Assembly: GCF_037042905.1 (NCBI RefSeq)
Contig: NC_087252.1
Location: forward strand, 14,262,001-14,326,000
DNA from: Lytechinus pictus
Taxonomy: Eukaryota
Reading direction: 5' to 3'
Length of the DNA stretch: 64,000 nt
Below, piece after piece: positions 51,970-64,000 of the stretch. How positions within the stretch are numbered: position 1 is the first letter of the stretch; the number at the start of each line of letters is the position of its first letter. Position numbers and translations under genes: made by a program. The notes under the pieces are model-generated. The model was not told the origin of the DNA. It saw only the letters and a program-made list of their open reading frames with translations, and made no database searches.

Positions 51970-52907
51970 TACTTGAATGATTAGAAACTTAATGACATGC
52001 AAAATATCAAATTAATGGCGCAAAATAGGCGAAAGGAGATTGATGACATATGAACTTCCATCTAGTAATATTGTACTTTCTTTTTTTCACATATATATTG
52101 TACGGCACAATTTTTATAACTACCCCTTTTAAATGCTCAGGATAAGGCCGTCCGCGGCCCTAAATAAATAATTAAAGAGCTGAAAAGCGAAAGAAGTAGC
52201 CTTTGTGGGTAATTGACAGCATTGTTTTTATAAAGTTTACCGCCCTTACCTAAGGATCGGGAAAGTTGGTATTCAATTTAAAGAAAAATATTACTTTGAC
52301 ATAGAATCTTAATACTAGTTCCGTTCCCAAATATTATTTTTTTAAACTTGATGCCGCCACGAAACACACTAGCATTAACCCGAGATGGGAAAACGGGGTA
52401 GTATAGAAAGGTAAATAAAGGAGAAAAACAATATTATCATAATTTCCTCGCGAACTTGCGCGGAAGCAAATATTTAGAGAGAAAGAAAATGAGAAAGAAA
52501 ATCCCGCAAAGCTATCTTTTTCGCCATTGCTTTCCTCTTCGCTCTCACCGTGTATACTGTCCTGGGGGGGGGGGGGGGCGTTAGGATGGGGAAGGCCACC
52601 CCACCACCTCCTTGCGACGCACTTGTTATAGAAAAAATTGAAAAGGTGCATGATAAAGCCCTAACTTTTATTGGGATGTTATGACAAAATCTATCACAAA
52701 ATTGGATTTCTGCATCAATTCTTCAGTGGTACAGTAGTAGAAGTATATAGATAAGCTGATTTAGTGTCACCATTATTATTGATTAATTCTTAAGTAAAAA
52801 CAATTAAGATAAAGAACGAGACGTCTTTAGAAAAAAAAAACGCCTCTTGGATGCCAAGAAAACAATCAGACAAGCGAGATTCGCGGCGACTTTATGCGTC
52901 CTATATA

Positions 52908-53645
52908 CAGTGCGTCCCACAAAAAACGAAACCGAGATTTATCGATGATTTATCATAATTTAATCACAAATACAATAGACAAATGACCTGCCATTGTAAA
53001 GCTTAGAATCTCCTCTTTCATCTGATATTACTTGGATTATTTCTCATTCACGCATGAGTGAGCAAAAACAATTTGAAGAGGGGATACCAAAAAGTCATTT
53101 GGCGGGCTGTATCTGGGTTTCAAAAAGAAAACCACATTTCTAAAAAGTTCAATATCTGCTCTTTAATTTGATACCTCAATTACAGAAAACGGTCAAGAAA
53201 TAAGAAAGTTCTGGTTATTTGAAATAAGGCTTGAATTTCAATAATTTCATAAAATGAAGAGGTTTTACAGGCCAGCGTTCAAACTCACTCGACACTCCGT
53301 TTTGTTGACGATCAGCCAGGCATGAAGTCTTTTGTTAACCATGCGATAGCTTTTGTGGGAAATCGGTGAAAACACGCTTATTTAATGAAATTATGGAAAT
53401 ACAAGCATTGTTTCGAGGGAATGTAACTTTTTTACTTCTTGACCATTTTTTGTAATTAAGGTATCAAATTAAAGAGCAGATATTGAACTTTTTAGGCATG
53501 TGATTTTCTTTTTAAAATTCAGATACCCCCCGCCAAATGAGTTTTTGGTATCCTTTTTTCAAATTGTTTTTGCTCACTCATGCGTGAATGGGGAATAATT
53601 TAAGTCATATCAGATGAAAGAGGAGATTCTAAGCTTACAGAATGC
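52908..53645. mobile_element. Tc1/mariner-like foldback MITE, right end truncated
   Basis: TA|CAGTGCGTCCCAC start; ~53000-53255 is inverted at ~53385-53637. Confidence 0.7.
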
Positions 53646-54115
53646 AAAAAAGATGAAAGATAACATAGTAAAATATAAACAAACATATGAATTTTAATCA
53701 TATTTCATGATTCCATAATCTCCGTTCAAAAATATTACAAATTAATATTGATATAGGCATCAATAATGAAAATGGTTGTTGGATGATAATGAGATTTGCA
53801 TATATTTTCATTTCATTTATTTATTTTAAATTCTCATTAAAACGTACAACATACAATTCAAATTGAAAGAAGGATGCATGTACAGTATACAAAATAAACA
53901 AAATGTAAAACATAACAAGAGAGAAAGAAAAAAATCAAAATATATGGGAGCCAGCATTGTATGATGTCTTTAAAAAAAATTCACATCACGGAGTCCTCTA
54001 GATTCTAGGCTAAGTCAGCACAGGCCTTTCAGAGGCAGGGTTCCAGAAAATAGGCATCAATATCTTAAAGAGGTGATTTGCTGATCACTCAATAATTTTG
54101 ATCAACAAATATATT

Positions 54116-54414
54116 CACTAGCGTACCTAATGGGGGGGGGGGGGCAGACTGCCCCCCCCTGACGAGTCACAACTCATGCAAGGGACGTACCCCTGCCCCC
54201 CCCCCCCCCGACGAATCACAACTGATCCCAACCAGCCACAAATGGCCCCCTCTTTTGAACTTGTAGACTTTTTTTTTGTTATTTGCTAGTCATTTTTTTC
54301 TGGTACGAAATCCTTTATTTGTGGTTGAAGACCATTTCTTTTTTTTTTTGCTTGTCAATTTTTTGGGCTGACGAATTTGCCCCGCCCCCCTCGAAAATCC
54401 TGGGTACACCACTG
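54116..54414. mobile_element. hAT-like MITE with poly-G/poly-C tracts
   Basis: CACTAGCGTACC ... GGTACACCACTG with flanks AATATATT / AAAATATT. Confidence 0.65.
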
Positions 54415-54894
54415 AAAATATTCCTTTAATATATGAGTATTCATTTATTTCTTCGCTTGTTTATTTACCTATATCTGTAGAGTTTCTAATAGTAATAATT
54501 AAAAAAAATTGTATGACACCATGAGTACAATGATACAATCTATCGAAAACAAAGAAGAAACAAAGAAAAAAAAAGAGGATAAAGACAAGAAGAAAATTAG
54601 AGACAAAAAATTAAAAGAAGAAAAATGACGAAGAATAAAAAAAAAACGAGAAAAAAGCAAAAGGCAAAAGAATAAAAAAAGGAAGAAAGAAAAAGAAAAC
54701 CGACCCCAAAAAATGAAAAGAAGGTAAGGGAAAAGCATAAGAATTAAAAAAAAAGGAAAGGGAAAATAAACTAGAACAGAAGAAAAGAAAAGAAATGAAG
54801 GAGAAAGAAAGAAAAATAATAATTCATACGAAAATATGTTTATTTCTTTCACAAAAAAAAAAAAAAAAAAACCCGTATCTTGACTGGTTACCAG

Positions 54895-56387
54895 TAGGAG
54901 TGGGCTATAAATGGGTGATTTTTAGTTTTACTGTGACAACAGTTTTTTTGTGGTCCTTTTACCTTATCTCAACATGAAATGACAATATTTTTTGTCTCGG
55001 GTCTGAGAAAAAAGTGTGCCGGGCCAAAATCCAAAATGGCCGCCAAAACCCCCCAAAATCACATTTTGGGCGACAAATCTTTTATTTGATGGTCTTTTTC
55101 TCTGGTTTTGGTGTCTATTCATATGTTTCTGGGGGCAGGGAATATGTTTTTCCTAAACTTAGTACTTTTAAATAATTATTTGTAGTTATAAGGTGATTTT
55201 ACTTAAATTTACCACTTTTTAAAGCCATTTTTTCAGCCAAAAAGTAGATTTCATCGTTACGTGGTTCTTGAATATTAGACGATACCAGTTGAACAGTAGC
55301 AGGCAGCTTTATATAGCTATATTGCTTTTATTCCTCTACTTTGTGTTGTTACGGATATTTGCAAAATATATCTTATCAAATAAAAGAAAATGTCATTTAT
55401 CCATAGGGGCTATATGGTATACAATGCACTGTACTGTACATACTACACTGCATTAACCACCATGACATATGAAAAGGACTGTATATAAACTATAGTGTCA
55501 TAGAAATGAGCTCCTAATGTTTAGAATTAGATTGTGAATTGTGAATTTGATTGCTTGTCAGCTGATGTACAATGTATAATACATGATGAAACCAGCAACG
55601 TAAATTGCACAAAAATATCACATAACATGTATATCATATACATACATCACATTTTTAACCATATCTTCTCCATTTGGAGGCTTTTTTTACCTGGTTGTGG
55701 TGTCTAAACTGGCCTATATTTATGGGGTCAGTTATTTATCATGGTAACGCTGAGCTCATTTCTATGACACTATAGTTTGTACAGGCGGTGTTAGCTGTCA
55801 TGGTGGCCAATGCATTTATGCAGTGCAGTATGTACAGTACATTGTATATATGTACTGTATAGGCCCAATGGATAATTGACATTTTTTATTTAATAAGATA
55901 TATATTTCACAAATATCCGTAAAACCCAAAGTAGAGGAATACAAGCAATTTAGCTATATGAAGCTGCTTTCTATTGTCGACCTCGTACCATCTAATATCC
56001 AAGAACCCCAGGACGATAAAACCTACTTTTTGGCTGAAAAAAAACTATAAAAATTTGAAAATTTAGGTATAATTACCTTTTAACTCTACAAATAATGGTT
56101 TAAAAGTACTAATCAGAGGAAAAACAAATTGCCTGCCCCCAAAAACATATGAATAGACACCAAAACCAGATAAAAAGACCACCAATTAAAGAAGTTGTGG
56201 CCAAAACTGTGATTTTGGTGGCTTTTGGCGGCCATTTTGGATTTTGGCTCGGCACACTTTTTTCTCGGACCCGAGACAAAAAATATTGTCATTTCATGTT
56301 GAGATACATTACAAGGAATAAAAAAAAACTGTTGTCATATTGAAATTACAAAAAAAGTATTTTTGACCCATGTATAGCCCACTCCTA
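54895..56387. mobile_element. 1.49-kb foldback element with ~600-bp inverted arms and a 7-bp TSD
   Basis: TTACCAG|TAGGAGTGGGCTATA ... TATAGCCCACTCCTA|TTACCAG. Confidence 0.9.
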
Positions 56388-58497
56388 TTACCAGGCAAAA
56401 GGGAGCAAGAATTTACGGAACTAGACTCATGAATATTCATAACAATCTTTCTCCGACGCATCGAATGGTAGCCTTTTGTCGGGAACGTTTGTTGTATTTT
56501 CTATATGGACTTTAGTGGTATTGGCAGGATCTGATGAAAATACGAACATACTAAAATCGCATATTCAATTATTATTTTATTTTTAAAGTATTTTTTCTCT
56601 TTTATTGTTTGTTTTTTATTTTTTCGCCGTTTTGTGATAAAAATAAATTTATCTCGTTGCCTCGTCAAAAGGCTATATCGATCCTCCATTGCTTCCTGTA
56701 CAAACGACTTCTAATACACACCGAAAAAAATTCCCTCCTTTTTTGCCTAGTTTTGGGGCATTATTTCATAGTTTTGATAATCGTGTATATTGCGGCTTAA
56801 GTTGTGAGTATGTATAGATTTCCTTAATTACAATTTTGTCCAATCTTATTCCTTTTCCTGTGATTCCCGATGCTCATCTGATGAGCCGGGGTGAATCACA
56901 ACGCAGCCCGAACACAGTACGTGTTCGGGCTGCCGCAGTAAGGGTAGGTGGAGCGTAGTGTAGCGGTAGTGAAGTGGAGTGGAGCCTGCACGAACTTCGC
57001 TCGAGGTACTACTAAGTACGTAGGTTTACACATACCGTACCGTCTAGGCACGACAACTATTGAAGCCGCCCGTAGCCAGGCGGCTTCTAGAGAGTAAAAA
57101 TCATTTAGCCTACTAACGTAAGGTTACTCTCATACGAAGCCAGGCATTCCTCCCCATTCATCTGCGTGTACTGCAAAAAAACCTGAAACTTTCGCCCCCG
57201 AGATTTCTACTTTCCTTCTAAAAGATCTAGCTCTAAATCATGTAAATGGGATAAAACTTCATTTCCGACATTTCTACGCTCTCGTTGTTATTTTGAAAAC
57301 AAGAATTCATCAAAAAAATGAAAAAATATTATGAAAAGACGGAAGAGACTTGCCCGATGTTTACGCCGCCATCTTGTTTCTTATTGTACTTCCCCAACGT
57401 TACGCGACGCGACACTCAGTCATTAGCCGTGACTGAAACATTGACCAATCAAAAACTAAGATTCTACAAGAAATATGAATATTCATATACGAAAGTATAA
57501 ACATAGATAATTCAGTTTTATGTGAAATTTAAACCTAATACTTCAAAATAGGGTAAGTTTTATGTCTCTAAAATGACCCTTAAAACCAGAATTTTATTCT
57601 TAAAAAATAAGGATTTTTCCAAGTTGCCATGGTAACGCGGCCTGAGATAAAAAAATCTTAGCAAATACTTCATTTTAGTGATCGAGGATGCATTTGTTCA
57701 CGGTATATGTCTACATAAGTTATAACATTTTTTTCCAGACCATGGATGAACTTTCAAAAAGAGAAATTTTAGGCAAGTTTTTACGATTTTCGGCAATTTT
57801 CTGACACAGGTACATTGAAGACGTAATCTTTACAGAATTAGAAGAAGACATTGTGGATTTTCCTAATTATCACGACGGATTTGCAACTTACTTGTAAACA
57901 AACCAAACAAAGTCTATGATACATTTTCGATAATGCGAAAAGAGACATTCAAGTCTCTGATTGAGAGCCGTAGATTGAACATTCGCACGGCGCAATGGTA
58001 ACGTTTTCGCCGAATTCGTCGGGGCGAAAACTCCAAGCGAGCCGTACCACTCACCAGTCCCGAACGCTGCGCTGTATGTTTGATGATATATCTGGTGCCA
58101 TTTCGTGCTTATAAATTTGTTTTTTCTACAATGCCACTATCTCATTAAAATTGTTTGTCATGATAACATTGGAAATATTATCGTTTAATGGCCCAAAGGA
58201 TCGACTGTCATAAAAGATACTTTGAAATATTGTCAGAGAGTGATTAGTTAGGTGATGTTTATGGTCAGAATTTAGTCGTGGCTTCGGGTGAACTTACTCG
58301 AACGCGGTCACTTGCTCACGGGGCGAGTCGGCCTGGCCCTTTGGTGGAAGGCCGTTGGGCAACGTGCAGTGCAGCTAGAGCAGAGTTGGGGAGTTAGGTA
58401 AAAATACTTTGAAATAAGAAATCTGCTGTGCAAATATTTTTGTCTTATCCCTTTGGATTAGAAATTCAAATTCTCAAAGTTGAAATCCAATTTTAGA

Positions 58498-58757
58498 CAG
58501 TGACATAACAAAGAGTGGTGCTGTTAGGGGGGTGGGGGGGGGGGGGGGGTCTTGCATGCCCCCAATTCACGAACAAGAAAAAAAAAGGAAAAGGAAATAA
58601 TCTTGCGAAATTGTTTAATTGGATTTTTGTAACAAAAACGTCAAAATTATGCTCATGTCGCCTGCTTGCAACTATATACTTTTATAAATTTTGCCCGATA
58701 TGCCATATCGTATACTGGTATTGGTAACCCTCAATTTTTTTCGCCCGTTACGCCACT
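58498..58757. mobile_element. Degenerate hAT-like MITE
   Basis: CAGTGACATAAC ... GTTACGCCACTG with an internal poly-G tract. Confidence 0.5.
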
Positions 58758-60893
58758 GATATAAAAGCTACTTTAGTCTTTATGCTAACATTATTTGGTT
58801 GCGGGATCAAAGCATCAGCTACAGCTAAACATACTTTATGCCTGTTCAACTTCCAATACAGGTTTAGGTCTGTATTTATGAGATGTTAAGATCTATGGGT
58901 GCCTTTATTATTTTCATTTTCAATTAAAACAATTATCATTAATTATGTATTAATTTAGTATTAACCTCCATGATACATTTTATTGTGTTAAAACCATACA
59001 ATTTCTGTTATATTAAGCCCTTTTAAAAACATGCTCAATAGCAGACCCCCCCCATATATAAACACAATAGAAGTGTATAGAATTAATTGACCCCCCCCCT
59101 AGCTCCCCTATTGAGGACAAAATGAAAAAAATGCTCAAAATAATCGACCGCCCCCCTTTTACGAGGCAGCTGAGCTGTCGGTGGCATGATGTCTTCATTG
59201 ACTTTTTTTTTGCTTGTAAAAAAATATTGAAGAAATAGGGGCTACTCTAAGTGTCCCCTATGAAAATCGATCTGGATCTGCAAGTGCATGGGGCTGCGCC
59301 CTCTCCAACGTCATAGCTACCCCATATCTTTAGGTTCTAGCTCTCATCTTTTTCAGCTCCCTGATTTTTTGGAAGAAAAAAAAAATGGGGCGAAAGAAAA
59401 GAGTGAAATAAATCAAATACGATTAGGCCTAATCAAAATTTGAGTTGTTTGAAAGAACTAAATTAAATTCTACAACCATGAAGAATAACAGCAATCTTGA
59501 TTAATTCTGTTTGAATTTTTTTTTTTTTTCAAAATCAGAAACAATCAACCTTTTTCTGATTATTCTGTCACTTTCCATATTTTGGAGAAAAAAATTAAGG
59601 TGTTCATCGACGCCCTGTACTGCATGATGAAACTGTATCCCCATTCGGCCCTCTTAACTCCCCCCTCTCTCTCTCTCCCTCCCCCCCCCCACCACAAAGC
59701 CCCTTGCTCATTTCTCTTATCTCACCTTGACCTTAATTAATTAATCTTAACTATCTGGCGGTACAGTCAAACGTGACTGGTCGCAATCATAGTTTCATCC
59801 CCAACAAACACGGAACAAACAATAACAACAATTCTGTTTTTCGACCCAACATCATTCCTTTCAATACGCGTAAGGCCATACGTGGGCATGCACAAACAAC
59901 GTGGGTTCACAAAAACAGACCCGCGTTCGGACTGAAATTGTGATTAAAATAAAAATGTTATAAATATAACAAAAATATTGGTATAATAAAGGATATTTGA
60001 TTAACGGAAAAACATCCATCACTAATTCATAGGAACTCTGGAAAAGATTTGAACGAGGTTTTTATCAACGGTAATCAAGAGGAATTAGTGTATGGATGAA
60101 TGGCGGACAATTTGAAGGTTGATTTTGGAGGGTCAATGTTTTATTCATGAGAATGACGTCAAAATACGCATAATGCACTTGTATGATTGGATAAAACGCT
60201 AATGTTTTATTCATGTACTCATGCATTAAACATTTTTTCCGTCCCACAATTCCCTACGATATCTGTGCGAAGTGTCGTTCTTTTGGACTCTGCGAATTTC
60301 AAGTTTCTGAAACGAAATAGCTAGACTAATTATCTGTTTATAGAATTGATGTTCGAAATCATGGTATTTGAGTGAACTTCGTTGGAGCAGAAAATCTTGG
60401 AGGGAACATCAATACTATTCTAATGACATTCCATAGGAATAAAAGTAAGTTACGCTCATTTTCATGTTTTGATCTCACTTGCAAATTGTAATATGTTTGC
60501 CGGGGTTCGGGGCTCATCCTGTATAACCGTACGTAATATGTAAACCTCAATTTCAATATTTCTTTTGCCTGACTTCCAAATAAGTGTGATCATTGAGTTT
60601 CTCAAAAATACTATATCTAGGGGTCTATAGTTTGTCGTAGATCTAGACATTCATCGGAATGATTCATGTAGGTCCAAAGTAAACCTGTATTTCAGTTTTA
60701 TTGTGATTAGACAATTATCAGGGGTAGATGTGGACTTGTTTCCGACCTCCTGTTTTTTAGTAACGACAAACTGTCGATTTTAGGCCAATTCAAATTTAGG
60801 TCAATGTAGGGATATGGTCAGAGCGGGATCCTGCCTTTGATATCGCCGGTGCTAGCCGGCTAGCGAGATTGTTGATATAGTCATGGGGTATGA

Positions 60894-60968
60894 AAATAGC
60901 GGGGACGGACTAGGCCCAAACTTCAAGCTTGAAAGTTGAAGTTTAGGCCTAGTCCGTCCCCGCTATTT
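60894..60968. repeat. Short near-perfect inverted repeat (33-bp arms, 9-nt loop)
   Basis: AAATAGCGGGGACGGACTAGGCCCAAACTTCAA / TTGAAGTTTAGGCCTAGTCCGTCCCCGCTATTT, one mismatch. Confidence 0.9.
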
Positions 60969-63900
60969 CATCTTCATATGAATAAGTATTCTCAGCATTT
61001 TCTTTTATTCAGGAACATTTTACTTCAGAATAATCAGTGTTGAAATACGATTGACTTGGCATTAGTGTCTGTTATTAGTGTTAAGTGTTACTTAGTCTTA
61101 GATTTGAATGAAATGGCGTAGCCTATACCCTGACCTAAATCAAGTCTATTTGAACAGGATACCCTGGGCCTGGCCTGGGGTGGTAATTTGAAAACGTTCT
61201 TAGTGTTTACCTCATTCAAATGTGATGTGATTCTTAAGTTATACAGGCCCAGCATAGACCAGATTCAGCTATATACAGCTGTAGAAATATGTGGTTGGAA
61301 TCATTTTACTTTTATAAACAGAGTGAGGTAGGCCTATGCCTCTATGTGATAGAGAATGAAGTTCCGGGTCCAGATAACTTTTTAGTTCTAGTTTGGAATA
61401 TTCATACATAGACCTGGGATATGGGCAGCTGGAAATTTCAAAAATATTGTTTAAGAAGAGTAATTTTATTATCGCTAAAACCCTCAAATTTAAATTGTCA
61501 ATTGCAGATCCAATGGGACCAAGTTCTTAGCAGTTCACACCTAGTCAGAAGTACAAGATTGAGAACCATGCCGATCAGCAAGTGTTAGTTACAATCTAAT
61601 GAGGAACAGGATATCTGAATGGAAAAATTGCAAGGTATGCTTACTGTTTTGATAATATACAGGCTGTATCTAAGCTCATCACCCCCCCCCAAAAAAAAAA
61701 AAAAAACCAAATAAATAAATATTTCCCCTTTTTTGGGAGGGGGTACGTGGGCTATGGCCAATTGTGCTGAAACATGATGCGATATCATGTAATGTTAAAG
61801 TTCCATTGTGAGTTAATATTTGTTTGAATTCAGATTCACCAGTATTTACATTTTTAACACTGCATACTAATTATCCATATCTCCTGTCTATACATGCATT
61901 TGCATAAAAAACCCAAGATATTAACAGTTATCACAAAATTCTGATAAATATTTGAATTAATTTGCACTCTTTATTTTCAAAACATACTGTAGATAGTTAT
62001 ATTGATATATGAATTTATCTGGATGTGGGACGAAAGTGACTGCATGTGCTAAACTTGTTTTATCACTGAAGATATAAAATAGAGTTTACATCTTTTTTTT
62101 ACTAAACTGGACTAGATGAGTAAATATAATTTACAGCTTATGTTCTTTTCTCTTTTTTACCATGCAGGTTTCCCACTTCCTAAGCTGTTTAAGTACTGGT
62201 ATCACAACATAAGTGCCAAGAAGAGATATGAAACGGTCTCAACATTTTTGCTGGTGCCCCCCCCCCCGATGCCGTGACCCACAGTACGCCACTTCAAGTC
62301 TTCATAAATTATGTAGGGTTATTAAGTTGCATTTATTGTTATCTTCATTTAAAAAAAATGTGAAATGGGCTACCACTGCAATAATATATAAATAGACTAT
62401 ATTTAAAAAATAGATTGAATTCTAACCACAGTGACAGTAGACAAATCAAATTTTGTTAATGATTCGCTAATGTATTGATTGGGGAAGGCACTCTTTAGGA
62501 TTCTGGCATTGTGTCCCACCCCCCCCCCTTATGAGGAGTGCTCTCACATCAGTAGACTATTTCTTGTCAGCAAATTTGAAAGGAATTTACCAATTTTTTT
62601 GAGTGACAAACTTTTGTGGAAGAAAATAAACGAATATCAAAGGTTTTTATGCTCTTTTATGGAATATTAACTATAGGCTCATCGAGATCCTTTGAATGAA
62701 ATTTTAACAAACATTGTACAATGTAGAAAAATGTACTTAATCCCATTTTTGTACATTTATATACCCACCCCATACTACCCCTACCCAGTAACAGCCCTTT
62801 TTAGCTATGCATTGCCTTCATTTTTTTAAATACAATTTAATGCTTGGTTGATGCTAATTATTATTTTTATGTTAATGTCAATGTTTTAGAAATTTGATCT
62901 TGGTAAGTTTCATTTATCAATTAATTGTGATGATATATTGCTTCTGAGCTGTTATACACAAATGGCAAAAGATGTTGCACTGTACTGAAATGTGATGATG
63001 CCACTGTTACATGAGATCAAACAGCAGTCAATTAAAATATTATTCAAGAAAAATAAGGATAAGAGTGGGAAAGAAAGTAAAATGACAGGAGAATTATTTG
63101 CTTGTATGCATATAGTTATGTCAGTTTCTGAGAGAGAGACAGACAGAAAGAGAGAGAGATGGGGGGGGGGGGGTAAAGTTCAGTTTGTTTTGAAAGAAGC
63201 AATTATAAGACCTTACTGTTCATGACGGGTAACGGGGGGGGGGGCTAATTATTTCTCCAAATTTTTTAAACCTACATATAAAATGTATTTTTTCTTTCCA
63301 AATGAAAATTACACCAGATTCATTTTCAGTTGAAAATAAAAAAGAAATAGCCTACGATCGGTTTGCTCTCTTGCCTATTTAATTTTGAGAACCCCCTCCC
63401 CCCTAAAATATGGTATATACCTAGGTCATGATTATTGATGTTTGACATAGAAGTCGCCATTTAAAATTAAGTGCTCCGAGGACTGCTATTCATAATAGGA
63501 CTTATATTGGAGACTACAATTATGGAAAAGAATTTGATTTGTTATTATCTTTGTTTATATTATGAAAAGAGGTTCATTTCGTTTTCTGCAATAAAAAGAA
63601 AAAAGGGCTCCAGAAACCTAAAGAGATGTCATCGTATATGGCAACATTTTCTTTGGGAACCTTCTCTGTAATATTTTTTAGCAAAGATCCTGGCCATTTG
63701 CAGCTAAAACAAAGCAAAGATGCAGTAATAATCGTAACAAGCAATAACAAATAGATCATTAAAATAGATGAATAATAAAACTCTGAGGAGGAAAAAAACG
63801 AATGATCTGACATTATGTAATCACTGACAGACACCATAAACGATATTAATCAGGTCGCGCATTATGCTAATTAGTGACAAAATACTAATTTACATATTTT

Positions 63901-64000
63901 TACGCTATGCGCGAAGGACGTTCCGTGACCACGCCTTCATTTCGCTGGTGTACCAAAACAGTGGCGGTGCCCATAGGCTTGGATACGAAAAATGGGAGCA

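Noticed and set aside
60300..62200. Start of a plus-strand gene (donor at ~60445, acceptor at ~62167)
   Set aside because: Only isolated splice-like signals with no supporting coding sequence in the window.

Overview
AT-rich, intron-containing animal genomic DNA. The repeat landscape (poly-G MITEs, TTAA-flanked Kolobok-type MITEs, Tsp/HINE-like elements, tRNA-derived SINEs) suggests a marine invertebrate such as a sea urchin; this is inference. One host gene can be reconstructed: a minus-strand, five-coding-exon ZNF511-like C2H2 zinc-finger gene (14003-18910, 217 aa, all splice phases consistent). Most of the rest is nested transposable elements: decayed DNA-transposase and L1 ORF1 relics (1.7-11 kb), a 7.3-kb long-TIR element whose TIRs are packed with RFX X-box-like palindromes just upstream of the gene's ATG exon, a decayed Ingi/Vingi-like LINE, and many MITEs and foldbacks. 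The most unusual structure is a 6003-bp unit (29642-35644) with 34-bp terminal inverted repeats and a 5-bp target-site duplication whose only long ORF is an uninterrupted 1272-codon L1/Tx1-type endonuclease-reverse transcriptase, with no transposase, no ORF1 and no ATG ahead of the endonuclease. It lies within a ~20-kb region bounded by inverted arrays of a 23-bp motif, which also holds an inverted satellite pair. No rRNA, tRNA gene or CRISPR array is supported. Coordinates were read by eye; family assignments come from recalled motifs, not database searches.
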